Assembly: GCA_964016885.1 (NCBI GenBank)
Contig: OZ024743.1
Span: 342,550,001 to 342,614,000, forward strand
Reading direction: 5' to 3'
Source of the DNA: Eledone cirrhosa
Lineage: Eukaryota
Length of the DNA: 64,000 nt
Of the stretch, positions 25,655 to 38,155 are shown one piece after another (positions within the stretch are counted from its first letter, which is position 1; every line of letters starts with the position of its first letter). The notes under the pieces are model-generated. The model did no database searches. It saw nothing but the letters and a program-made list of their open reading frames with translations, and was not told the origin of the DNA. Made by a program: the position numbers and the translations under genes.

Positions 25655-26139
25655 TAGAGGATCGACTGTGGGTTCAATTGGTTTCGGATAATTACTTCTA
25701 TCCTTCCTAAGGAAAGCATCTCAAATTTAAAGGAAATGAGAAAAGGCAAGTGAAGTAAAAAGGAAGAGAAGAAAAAGAGAAATAAGATAAAATGAACGTA
25801 CCTCTGCTTCAAACCTACATGCGAACCCGGAGAGTAACCATCTTTAACACCTCAATGTTAGGCACCGCACTGTTTGAAGATTTGTTAATCATTCTCAGGA
25901 CATATTGGTTACTCGGTGATATATTCACAGAAAAAATTGAAGGAAAGGAAAGTTAAAACCTTGTCTTAGCGCTACTGCCAATTAAATATAACCTGCTAGG
26001 CCCGCACTATATGCAAATGACCACTTCCACCCGATGTTTTCTGCTTTCCTATTTGCAAATGACCATCTCCAGCAAGTTATCATTGTGCAAAATTTAATAT
26101 AGACTATAATCTATTTCATGCCAGTAGGTTTTACGTGAG

Positions 26140-26188
26140 TGTTGCTGACGAAACATTAACAAATCTTGAAACAGCGCGCTGTCTGATA
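26140..26188 (+). ncRNA. Hammerhead ribozyme (slightly decayed)
   Basis: tgttg-CTGACGA-aacatt aaca aatctt-GAAA-cagcgcgctg-TC-tgata. Inverted partial copy at 25855-25890. Confidence 0.65.
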
Positions 26189-26249
26189 TTCTCAGAACAT
26201 ATTGGTAACTCTATGATATATACGTATATATATATATATATATATATAC

Positions 26250-26325
<76 letters not shown>

Positions 26326-26460
26326 TGTGTATAAACAACGTATTATATGTATTTATATTTGTTTTCACATACACTTCTATTATGCTTAAACGCTGTCTTA
26401 GTACCACCGGTAATTATACACACACACACACACACACACATACACACACACACACGCACG

Positions 26461-26517
<57 letters not shown>

Positions 26518-26518
26518 G

Positions 26519-26578
<60 letters not shown>

Positions 26579-26579
26579 G

Positions 26580-26623
<44 letters not shown>

Positions 26624-26624
26624 G

Positions 26625-26656
<32 letters not shown>

Positions 26657-26657
26657 G

Positions 26658-28537
26658 ATATTGTTATACTTTGGGAGGGTCATGTTGCCAATAAGAAACA
26701 CACGCACCAGTTACTTCACTTCAATTTATTATAATAAATTTATAAATTTAGGAATTTATCAATTTTCGGTTGGTTGGTTGGTTCCACAACCAGAAGGTTG
26801 TTTATATATTGTCAAAGTTCTTTCGTCACACATTCTGTGACCTCTTCAGTGACTGGGGATTCTTTTCTTTGTTTTTGTGCCTCTCCTTTGTTCTGTCCTA
26901 GGCCATCTTGTTTCTGTGTGTGTGTTGTGTGCTCAGTCTGCGCATGCGCCACATCCGGGTGTCTGTGTGTGTTTATATTCGTTTATTTATTTGTTTATTT
27001 ACATGTTACAGGTTGGTTGTTTGTTCTATGTGCGTGTGTGTTTTCATTTTGTACTTAATTGTAAGTTATTATGTTGCTGTTCCACTCATGTTTTCTATTT
27101 AATTTTGGTTGTAATTCTTTTATGTTTATTGCCTCTGTGATTTGTCTAAACATTGCGTCTTTTCTGTGTGTAGATTCTATTTTTATTTCTATGTTTTCTA
27201 ATTTACCCTTATGTTCTATTTTAGCATGTTGGTAGAGTACAGATGATTCTTTACTATCTTGAAGGTCTCGCCAGTGTTCATTTATCCGTTCCCCTACACT
27301 ACGAGCTGTCTCACTTATGTACACTATATTTTTGTCTCTACTTTGTCCTTCAGTACGTCTTATGCTATATACTACAATTCTAGTTTTACAGTTAATATGG
27401 GGGCTTAATTTACAGATTATACATTTCTTATCTATACAGGGGGGTCTTTGAAAAGGGTATGTATTGCTAATAAGTGTTTTTATGGAGGTACCTGGTCTTT
27501 TTACTATCTTAATTTTGAGTTTATGTTTATCTAAGGCCCTTCTAAATTTGTAAGCTAATTCACCTCTAGGGGTTGTATCGATGAACATTACACTCTGGTA
27601 TGTATTGCTATCATACCATGAGTTTATTCTATTACCCTTATTCCTAGTTCTTTCTATTCTATTCCAAAATTTGCTCCTATACAAGGGGTAGGTCCCATTT
27701 GTGTCATTATTTACCATTTTTTCCCATTTGGTTCTGGCTCCTCTATACACTCTGATTTTATCTCTCTGATTGTAACCAGAGAACTGCATACGGTGGATTT
27801 AAGTGTTGTATGTGTCTCTCTAGTTCTTCGGGGTTGCACATGCGGGACACGTTTCTCATGACCCGTACCAAATCCGCAATCAGTATGTTGATTTTGGTAT
27901 GGTCCGAAACAGCTGAGATATTTGGAAGTCATGGGTTTGGCATAATGGGAATCGAGGATTTGTTTTTTGTTATTAATGGTATCTAACCAGAGCTCTGTGT
28001 CTAGTACAGGTAATCGATGGTTGGGGTGTTTGCTTAGGTAGTCTATAGTAACTCTAATACTCTGGTGGATGGAGTTAGCTATTTGCTGGATACTTTCCAT
28101 TGTGTTTTTCTCTAATTCCTAACTGTTCTCTAGTGGGGGTGTTTTAATTACGATGTTTATATCATCCACGTAGCGGGAGTACATTATCAGGGTTAAGGGT
28201 CTTCTAATTGTTCTTTAAGTTTAAGTTTAAGTCTACTGTCCCACGATACCATGAATGAGTTAGCTATGTCGCTTGCAATGCTAACACCAATGGCTGCTCC
28301 CTCCTCTTGGGCATATGCTTTTCCATTAAATTTGAACATATGTTCCTTAAGGGTTAATTTTATGCTGCCCCCCCCACCGCATGTGCAATCATTTTCTTTA
28401 GTTCATCGTGGTTTTCGGAACCAACCAACCAACCGGAAATTTATAAATTCCTAAATTTATAAATGTATTATAATAAATTGAAGTGAAAGCTACTGGTGCG
28501 TGTGTTTCTTATTTGCAACATCACCCTCCCAAAGTAT

Positions 28538-28545
<8 letters not shown>
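26658..28545 (-). mobile_element. 5'-truncated Penelope-like element (RT, thumb, GIY-YIG) with an inverted terminal pLTR piece
   Basis: GAAIGVSIA, YSRYVDDINI, LPVLD, SGY, CIDKKCIIC, VVY..YISET..ERINEH, LNRKHEW. 26658-26785 is the reverse complement of 28417-28545. (TA)n on both sides. Confidence 0.9.
26811..26853 (-). ncRNA. Minimal type I hammerhead ribozyme
   Basis: gtca-CTGAAGA-g-gtcaca gaatg tgtgac-GAAA-gaac-TT-tgac. Confidence 0.8.
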
Positions 28546-28605
<60 letters not shown>

Positions 28606-28664
28606 GTATATATAAATATATATATATATATATATAAACGTATATATATATATATATATAAACG

Positions 28665-28691
<27 letters not shown>

Positions 28692-28697
<6 letters not shown>

Positions 28698-29074
28698 TAT
28701 TCTTTTATTTTAATTTTTATCTTACTCCTTTTAAACTCCCCTCCTCTTTTTCCCCAGTACAATTTTTCGAATTTTTATACACTATCCTTAGAATCTGCTG
28801 TATAGATTTCACTTTCAACGCCTGACTGGCTTTCTTCACTCACTCTCTGTTCTACCGGCAAGTTCAGCCACCCCTACCTCCCACCAAATGCCATAATAGA
28901 TTTATTTGTCTTTATAACTAATTTTAACCAATCCTCTTGACAATTACTATCTTCCCATATAAGGAAGTACCCCTTGATAAGTTTGGCTATTTATTCACCA
29001 GGCTAAAAATTCTTACTTAGTCCAGAAATAGCCGTCGAAACGGCTTGAGCTCTGCCGTCGTGGTCATACTTGTT

Positions 29075-29078
<4 letters not shown>
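28692..29078 (+). mobile_element. Naiad family C 3' UTR and pLTR with HHR (28969-29064, U3:A8 core)
   Basis: Reverse complement of 38233-38645. Confidence 0.85.
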
Positions 29079-29109
<31 letters not shown>

Positions 29110-29112
<3 letters not shown>

Positions 29113-29277
29113 AACGAGTAGGACCCCGACGGCTGAGCTCAAGAATTAGCCGCCGAAATGGCTTGAGCTCAGCCGTCGGGGTCCTACTCGTTCCTATTAC
29201 CCACTCCACTATCCTAAGTATTGAGTACTTTGGTGCGTTAACGTCCATCTGGTTACTTACCACATTTCCTTCGTTAT
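29110..29277. mobile_element. Fold-back pLTR fragment, family C
   Basis: ggaacgagtaggaccccgacggctgagctcaag / cttgagctcagccgtcggggtcctactcgttcc. Confidence 0.85.
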
Positions 29278-29302
29278 ATATATTTATATATATATACCTG
29301 TC

Positions 29303-29493
29303 AATAATTGTTTCTACTTTAGGCACAAGGCCAGCAATTAACCAGTGCATTACTGGTACTTTATTTTATCGACCCCGTAAGGATGAAAGGCAAAGTCAAC
29401 CTCGGCGGGATTTGAACTCAGATCGTAAAGGGACGTAACTATGCTGGAAAGCATGGCGTCCAACCCTCTACCGATACTGCCAATCCACCGCCC
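29303..29493 (-). mobile_element. Full-length SINE
   Basis: TSD atatacctgtcaataat (29292-29308 and 29503-29519). Confidence 0.92.
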
Positions 29494-29724
29494 AATTAAT
29501 AAATATACCTGTCAATAATGTGCTCAAAGGAGTATAAACACTTTAATTTATATTTTTAATTATCGTGTGTCTATCCTGCCTTTCATAGGTAATAGATTAT
29601 ATACACTGGTGGTCTTTCCCTGTTTTATTGATGGCGCTCTATCTCTCTCTAGTGTGTTACCTTTTTCAACATATTGTATTTTAAAGAGCTCAGTATTCCT
29701 TTTATATATAAATATATATACACG

Positions 29725-29912
29725 TATGTGCGAACTTAGGTTTCGGGGTCCAGTTATAGGCACCATTGTATAGTGGAGGAGCCGCTTTAAAACTGACCTC
29801 TCATCTGTCGCTGGAAGAAAGTTAGTGCCTGATTTGAGGCTAGCTTCGAAGCAGCTCCTCCACTATACAATTGTGACCTTAACTGGACTCTGAAACCTAA
29901 GGCCGCGCATAC
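29725..29912. repeat. Inverted repeat, probably a decayed HHR fold-back
   Basis: ttaggtttcggggtccagtta..ttgtatagtggaggagc / gctcctccactatacaa..taactggactctgaaacctaa. Confidence 0.7.
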
Positions 29913-30029
29913 TTGTTAAATGTAAGAAACTTTATTCATACAAAATAAGCTCTCTTGCATTAGATTGAGCATTGTTTTCCTTGACATTTGATCTACGGAT
30001 GTCTGCATGCCTGCATACATACATACATA

Positions 30030-30290
30030 ATCTGTAGAAAAGATAGCCCCGACAATGAACACATTAAAAGCTACAGCAATGTGGAAGACATACATATACA
30101 TAATATGAAAGAGTACTGGTGGCATGTTCCACTCAAAACCCCAATAAAATGCAAACATAACAGACCAGATATAATGATATGGGACAGGGAAAAGAAGGCA
30201 TACACAGTAGTGGAAATTAGCTTCTCAGTAGATGCCAATATAATATTAAAGATCAGCGAAAAGGAGAATATCTTCGCATTATGTCCGTGT
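30030..30290 (+). mobile_element. R4/Dong-like RLE endonuclease fragment
   Basis: YWWHVPLKT..HNRPDIMIWDREKK..VVEISFSVDANIILKISEKENI (RPD..D..E..K motif). Confidence 0.75.
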
Positions 30291-30649
30291 TTGTCAAATC
30301 TTCAGAGACAATGAATATCGATTCGAAAGAAAGGAGTGTGTTCTTTGGGCGATGGAATTGTTGGAAATTATGATCAGGAAACATTTATTGAACTCTAGAC
30401 TGTATAGACAATTTACATTGTAACATAAATGCCTAAAACCTTTCTCTAGATATAGTCCAAGCTAACTTGAACTCTACATTCATTTTCTTACGAATTGCAT
30501 CTCTTTGGCTGGCTGATTTTTACATCGAAGTAAACTGGCGCCAAATGTATTATTTCAATCTCTTTTATCATAAATGATTCCTTTCATCTCTAATGTTCAC
30601 CCTCGCATCTATCTAATGTCTTAGTGTTTACCGATCAAAGTAGGGAGCT

Positions 30650-31295
30650 GCCATGCCAAGCACGTTGACACCATCCTCAACTCTGAAATGAGAACAGTAT
30701 CTGCTACATTGAACTCTACACCTACTCACTGGCTGTCTACTATTTCTCATATAGCTCTTTCTCACATGCGGCGTCAGAAGATGATCCACGAGGCAGAACT
30801 TCTACCTAATCCAAGACCGACCCTCCCATCCATGAAAACATGGAAAACCTTCCCAACATGGACTTGAAATCACGCAAACAATTCTAGGAATCAATAAAGA
30901 TCCTTCTGGACAATAACATTTGGTCTGAAGGAAGAGTGGCGAAAATCATAGAATAAGCCCAAACATACCAACCAAGACATCGTCCAGGACCCCACATCTA
31001 AACTAGTCGGCTTTGACCTTTCTAGAAAGCAATTGATGTCCCTTAATCGAATCCGCACAACACATGCCATGGCTGCGCATTATCTCCATCGATGGAAAAT
31101 AAAAGACAGGACAGCCCACCATGTGACTGTGGAGACCCTGACCAGACAGTGCTGCATGTTATTCAGGATTGCTCCCTCAGACGTTTTCCCGGCGGCCTGG
31201 AGGCAATCCATAATACTACAAATGACCCCTTAGCCTAGCTCACCAATCTCGATCTGTCTCTAACTATTGAGCCTATGTCATACGACAAGAAAATT
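30650..31295 (+). mobile_element. Vingi/Ingi-like LINE 3' end
   Basis: GFDLSRKQLMSLNRIRT..HRWKIK, then CDCGDPDQTVLHVIQDC zinc motif, tail catacgacaaga. Second copy at 45100-45275. Confidence 0.7.
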
Positions 31296-31342
31296 ACACA
31301 CACACACACGCACACATACACACACAGACACAGACACACATA

Positions 31343-31380
<38 letters not shown>

Positions 31381-31381
31381 A

Positions 31382-31467
<86 letters not shown>

Positions 31468-32756
31468 ATATATAAACACTTGCACAAATACCAAAACATT
31501 TGATAGAGGCCCTTCGATCATAGCAGACCATGGATTGGTGTCTAGAACGAGAAGTCCCTCTCCAAGGCACAAGCCAAGGCGGCGCTTTTGTGAAGAAGAC
31601 CAGTAGTCGGCTATGTAGGCAAGTCTGAATAAGAAAATACTAATGGACAATATATCTATATGACACAGAATTCCACACAAATAAACAATTAATCATATGT
31701 TGTGTCTAATGCAAATTACCCAATGCGTTCTTCCTTTTTAGATAGAGTAGGATATTTTTAGAGAGATATTTCACTGCTCTCTCTCTTTTTGTTCATTGGC
31801 AATAGAAACGCTCTCTCGTCTCACAGGTTTTGTGGTTCTCTATTAAACCTTCGTAATAGCGTACAGTAAGAAGGAGTTGAGTACTACACTATTTATTTAT
31901 TTATTTATTCAATTTAAACGTCCGCATAGATCTAGTAAGCTATGATAGACTAGGGGAAAGTATCGAGTACTCCTAACAGTTGGTAATCAAAAAGAGCTAG
32001 TGAAACAAGTAAAAAAAAAAAAATCAGAAAAAAAGGAAAAAACAAAACAAAACAAAACAAAATAAAATAAAGATAACATTTCAAATATTGTAGGCTAATG
32101 GGAGGCAGATTGTGCATAAGAAATCAAAAAAGAAAAGGAAAATAAGATACGATTTATGATATTAAAGTTATCTATCGCAAAGTCAATTTGACAAACATCA
32201 ACCATTTATACATTTCATGAAAGAGTGACATAATGAACGAGAGCTAGTACATTTGATAGTATCTAACTCTTTTCAAATGGAAACATTAAAAAAAATACAT
32301 ATAAAGAAATAAAACAAGAGTCAAACGCAAACCTATATTAAATCTATAAATATTTCGAAATATAGAAATAATTTTTATTGTAACAGTAAAAAGTGATCTG
32401 TTAGATTGAGATATTTTCTACAACATAAATTCAATTCCAATATCTTATAACTAACTCGTCATTCATTTGCATACTTTTATTGCCAATAATGGAGCAATAA
32501 CAAGGCAATTAAGTTGTACACATATATTTACTACAGTAAGTCAATCAGATTAGTGAATTGTAAATTATTTCTCGGTACACTCAACAAATGTTTCCTCTGT
32601 CTCTTTCTATATTTTATACACATTCCTGAAACACTTTGAAAGTACTTCCTTACCATGTCGCTCCAACTACACATTATAATTCAACATCTGTATGCCATTA
32701 ATACATTGCTTTAATAGTATATACACCGCCCTTCCTACATAACACATACACACACA

Positions 32757-32840
<84 letters not shown>

Positions 32841-33094
32841 CGTACATATATATATGTGTGTGCATGTATGTATATATATATACATACTACTGTACGTCTG
32901 TATACATATATGTATGTACGTATACATGCAGTAGTATGTATATATATACATACATGCACACACATATATATGAATTCATATGACTCCAGTTCCCCAGTGA
33001 ATTAACAACCCAGCAAGGAACTGGGCATATCAGAGTATTGACAATATCATACACCTAAACAACATATGTACTTGTCTATACCATACTAATTCAA

Positions 33095-33149
33095 ACTGCC
33101 TGAAGAGGTCACAGCCAAAGATGGCTGTCACTGAAATATATATAGCAGT
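33095..33149 (+). ncRNA. Type I hammerhead ribozyme
   Basis: actgc-CTGAAGA-ggtcacagcc aaagat ggctgtcact-GAAA-tatata-TA-gcagt. Confidence 0.85.
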
Positions 33150-33199
33150 AATAAACGAAGCTAAATTTTAATCATTTGACTTTTATTTAACTTTATTTT

Positions 33200-33475
33200 A
33201 CATACATGCACACACATATATATATGTACGTATGGATTTACCGAACATTTATTTTAATGCTCGGTTTGTTTGTAAACAAACATCCCAAATTAAGCTGTAC
33301 AGTGTTTAGCAACCATCGTTGCCATTTTGTTTAACACTGACAAAGGAACGATGTACTAGTTCCAAGCTTATTAGCTATCGTCAGCACCGTATACTTTCCT
33401 GCCAGATGATTGAACGTCTGAAAGTATATACCTTCCTTATGCATATTAACGGCTGAACAGCCTTATTTGCATATA
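33200..33475 (-). mobile_element. HHR-bearing element copy (family of 54296-54710); core GAAA mutated to GGAA
   Basis: Matches 56380-56655. Confidence 0.8.
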
Positions 33476-33639
33476 TATATATGTATGTACGTATGTCTGT
33501 GTGTGTGTGTATACATTTAATGACTAAGAGGTGAAACTACAGAGTAACAGGTTCGCCACTAAGCCATTAAATGAATTTAAAATCTCTATTTCGGTATTGA
33601 GAACTTTTTCTCACGTCCGTCAATAATACACGGATATAT

Positions 33640-33785
33640 CATCATCACCATCATCATCATCATCATCATTTTACGTCAGCTTTTCCCTGCTTGCAAGGGT
33701 GGGACGGGTCCTCTTCACCACAGCATCTCTCCATTTGTCACGGTCCTTCGTCATCTTATCTGTGAGCTTCAGCGATCTGAGGTCA
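33640..33785 (-). mobile_element. RTE-like LINE 3' tip with (TGA)n tail
   Basis: LKLTDKMTKDRDKWRDAV followed by a (GAT)n tail. Confidence 0.65.
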
Positions 33786-33849
33786 GCTCTCACCACCTCC
33801 GCGGCCCATGTAAGTATGTTTATAGTGCGCAGAGATTGTGGAATAGTTA

Positions 33850-35100
33850 CATGAGATTGAGGGCTTAATATTCAGTATTTCATTTATTAATGATTCTGAC
33901 ACGCGTTTCGCTTTAATTGCGTTACACCTGCACCAATCTAAATTGCTGATTATAAACGCAAAATTACTGAGTACAGTGTCAGAAGATGTTACATGTACAG
34001 CTCGTCGGGGAAAATTACATTCGGTTATGTTGATCAATCGATATCAAAGGAGAGCCGATGGGTGGTTTTAGTGGAAGTTGAACAATCAGTGTTTGAGAAT
34101 TTCCAGAATGTTCTTGATGATGACAGTATTCAAATTAGCGCAGTTTATTTTATTGATAAGGAGTGACTTTTAATATCCATCTATAATTTTACAGATAGCT
34201 AATGTGGTAAATAAATTTATTTAGATATTAAGATAAGGGAATTACCGTTTCGACGTCTTTGATTTAGCGCCTATATCTTAATATTTTAACCTGGTGATAT
34301 GACATCTGAATAGTTCTTTATATGTTACATAGATTTTTAATACTTCTATAGTTGTAAGAGGAAAGGTCTGGTTGAGATAATTTGTATTATTATAGAAAGT
34401 GGATATTGCATCCTGATCACTTGGAGGCGCGATAAATTTAAAGATTTATAGGTTTCATCATAAAATCTTGTTTTGAAGTGGTTTTATGTGTATTTCCTGA
34501 GTGGGAGTTAGGGAGTTTAAATCGTGTAGATAGATGACACTTATAAGAATCTTCCACTTTACTTTCTAATTGTTTTTTTTTTTCATATTTTGTTTTATGA
34601 GTTGTGGATGCTTGTTGAAACCGTTTATAATGTGTTTTTTTTATATGGAGAAGTTATGCATTGATTGAGTATTGGTCATAGCAGAATGATATTAGTATTG
34701 CGATTCATTGTATGTTCTGGATGAGTGTCATCTATGCTTATTTGTAGCGTTGTAATGAACTAAGTTGCATTCCGTATATAGATTTAGGATATCGATTAGG
34801 ATGAATTGCATCTAAAGAGAATAGGAATATCTAATTGGGGATTAGGCAATTTAGTACTCTAGGTAGTCAATTCCTTGTACCTAGAGAAAGTTTTAAAAGA
34901 TCTATAATTTGAAGTATATTAAGTTCTTACGGGTTATAATCTCCAGTACTTCTACCTAGCAGAGATCGCATTCACGTCGTTTGCTCTAGTAAGGTCTTGT
35001 CGATTGTACAATAGACCATATAATTTTGTAGTTGATGTTCTGTTTCAACTGCCGTCTTCGTTCGCAATTTTGGTTAATTTCTGCAAGGTATTAGTTTTAT
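33850..35100 (-). pseudogene. Decayed Neptune-like PLE with a probable HHR remnant (33893-34012)
   Basis: Terminal PYLNI*, SGC fragment, and CCGACGA-gct...agc-GAAA-cgcgtg-TC-agaa. Confidence 0.45.
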
Positions 35101-35842
35101 TAAGTTCAGTCATTTCAATGTGACCATGCTCCAGCCCAAACATTTAATCGTTCATATCAATGAAATACCTATTGTGTAAGCCCACTATTTACTTTCTCAA
35201 CCCCCTATTGTTGAACTGCTACGTTAAGGGAGAGAAGCAATTAGTAAATATAAAACCCCTATACACATATACATTTATACTTATATATATTTGTATATTA
35301 ATTAATTAGTATTTTTCAATCTAGCTAACTTGGTCATTTGCAAAACAAACACTTATATAATTGTATTAGTGTTTATCATATATTAATTTATATTAATTTG
35401 TATTTCACGGCTCAGAAATATCTTTCTTTGAGCTATTTAATTGTAAAAGACTGTTTGAGTTTATAACTCTATATATAGTATATTTTTATATACATGCATG
35501 ACAAGTTTCCACGCAAGACATTGGTCAAACGGAAGCTAAAGTAGAGGATACTTTCTCAAAGAACAGCGCAGTGGTATTGAAACTGAAACCATTTACTCGC
35601 GAGGTAATCTCCTTAACCACAAAGACATGTCTATGTAGAGAAATTATTTTTGAAAATCTGTAATTACGCTGTGTGGATTTTAAAATATAGAGATACGTAC
35701 AAATTAAAATTAACTGAACACCTTTATTTGCTTCAAGTCTATTTTTATTATCGTATTGAATATACCTGTACTTAAACACACACTTATTTAATGAGTATTT
35801 CTGCATCTACAATATTGCAAAAATAATTACAAATAAAATAAA

Positions 35843-36062
35843 ATAATGGTTTCTCATTTAGGCACAAGGCCTACAATTTTGGGGGAAGAAGAAAGTCGAT
35901 TAAATCGACCACAGTGCGTTACTGGTACTTCATTTTATCGACCTCGTAAGGACGAAAGGCACAGCTAACCTCGGCGGGATTTGAACTCAGAACATAAATG
36001 GCCACAACTCTAGACTTAAAAGCATGGCGTCTGACGCTCTACTGGTACTGCCCATACACCAC
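35843..36062 (-). mobile_element. SINE
   Basis: Consensus match. Probable TSD aaataaaat(a/g)aaataat. Confidence 0.85.
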
Positions 36063-38121
36063 TTTTAGAAATAAAATGAAATAATAAAAATATTCATTTA
36101 ACATATAATTAGCTAAAACAATGGATAATACATTCTATATAACAGAACTTTGTCGAATATAAAATAGGACTTGTAATCTTAAATACTGTAAATAGTAGAA
36201 CATATATGTTCAGGCATGGCTGTGTAGCTAAGCAGTGTGCTTTACAACCATATAGACCTTTCCTCTACTTTCCCATACAGTCAGATCTGCCCTTCCTTAC
36301 CCCTTCCCCATTTTATCATTACATTATTTTGCTTTTATCTTTCTTTCTCATATTTATTTCTGGTTAGATTCCATTACAAGGTTGCTTGATAAAATGCTTT
36401 TTATCATCAAGTGTCTTCCTCCTTCAAATGTATTGTACCATCAAGTACATTCTACAATCAAGTGTATTCTATATTCATGTTTTCTACCATCAAGTGTATT
36501 CTATCGGAAGGATGATAAACGCGGACGGCTTATTGTATAGGCACGTGAATTTCCAACCAAAAAGCTAGTGGATCGTATTTTGCCTTCAACACTGTATTGT
36601 GCCAGTAGATATGACAATAAATTATCTGTATGACCAAGCGAACTTAGATGTTAGTAGGTACTGAGTTTAATTATGTCTGATGGGATATGCTGGAATTCTT
36701 ATATTGTATTGGAAATAATTGATTCAACAAGGCATTTTAGACGATTGAAACATTTCGCTTGGGGAAGTAGCAAATATATCCTACTTGGACAAGCACTCAC
36801 ACTCAAATGTATAAAAATAGTAAACCATATATGGTTACAGTCAAAGACCTATGTAGATAATATGAAACGAGATTTCATTATAATGTTTTAATGTGTCGAT
36901 ATGTATATATGTAATTGAAACCTTCCTTTCACCATCCCCCAAATGTATCTCATAACTCACGCAGTCTTTATTGACAGACACCTTACTGAAGTAATGAACT
37001 AACCTATTCATCACCTTGATTCTAAGTCCAATAATCCCTCTGAAGATATGATACAGAAAATATAATAAGGACAGAGAAAGGTAGGGACAGAGAAAGAGAG
37101 GGAAAGAAAAGTGGAGGGACAGAGAAGAGAGAGAGAGAGAGCGAGAGAGAGAAAGGGTGTCAAAGGAAGTGGGGGAAGGGATGGAGAAGAAGGAAAGGAA
37201 ATGAGATAAAAATCGTTTGTTGGCAAAATGTTTTCGCAGGCAGCTGCAACTTGGTCACTCGTTCTCAAAGAAATAATAGCCTAATCTTTCGCAAAATCAT
37301 ATCCTACAATCTTAAATAGAAGCTATAGTAAATAATATAAGATCAGAAAATAGAGGAAATAGAGAAAATATTTCATGGTCGGCGAAATAGTTGTTATTGT
37401 TGCTATAGACCAAAGGTTCTCAACCCATTTTGCCCCTCGAAAACACGAAATTTTTCCATTTTTCAATATACTACTCATTTTGGGCCAAATCAAGTTATGT
37501 TAGAATCTGTAAACAAATCTTTAAAAAATACTCGTACGAATTAAATACAAAAAAGTTTCAGTCCAAAATAAAAGCAAGCTATTTCAAATTATATATTTTC
37601 AAAAATAGACGCGAATGTTCTCAAAGATTTGATCTCAGTCGAAAAAGCCTTTTTTTTTATTCTATATTTCACTGTTAGTTGTTGCAATATTTTGAGTGGA
37701 TAGACAATTCTACAATTCAAACTGTAAAGTCAAAATACAAAAGATGCAAAATATGAAGAATTTCTTACCTTTCTCTTGAATCACAAACTCAAGGGAAAAA
37801 TAGTACCTTGCAAAATAAAGTGCCTCGATCACAAACTTAGTTGCAGCGAATGAAGTGAGCAAACAATATCTGTATCCCTTATATATATATACACACACAT
37901 ACACAACACATACATGCGCGCGCGCACTAACACACACACACGCACGAACAAACTTGTGTGTGTGTGTCTGTGTGTGCCTTGTTTTTGGTACAGAAAGTAT
38001 TTTGTCTCCAGTTTTTATTGCCGGGTCAAAGGCCACTGCTCATTTCAACAACGTCAAATGACAACGCCATATATTGACCCGGCAATAAAAACATATATAT
38101 ATATATATGTGTGTGTGTGTA

Positions 38122-38152
<31 letters not shown>

Positions 38153-38155
<3 letters not shown>

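Noticed and set aside
25672-25718. HHR-like remnants here and at 31590, 40340, 52993 and 57357
   Set aside because: One or more core substitutions or poor stem I. Counted only as possible decayed copies.
34405-34425. K*SGC, another TGA at an apparent Cys
   Set aside because: The element is heavily decayed with many stops and frameshifts, so it is not informative.
37409-37440. hAT-like terminus ccaaaggttctcaacc
   Set aside because: No matching second TIR or TSD found.
38011-38093. 19-bp inverted repeat (gtttttattgccgggtcaa)
   Set aside because: Too short to assign to a MITE or a PLE fold-back.
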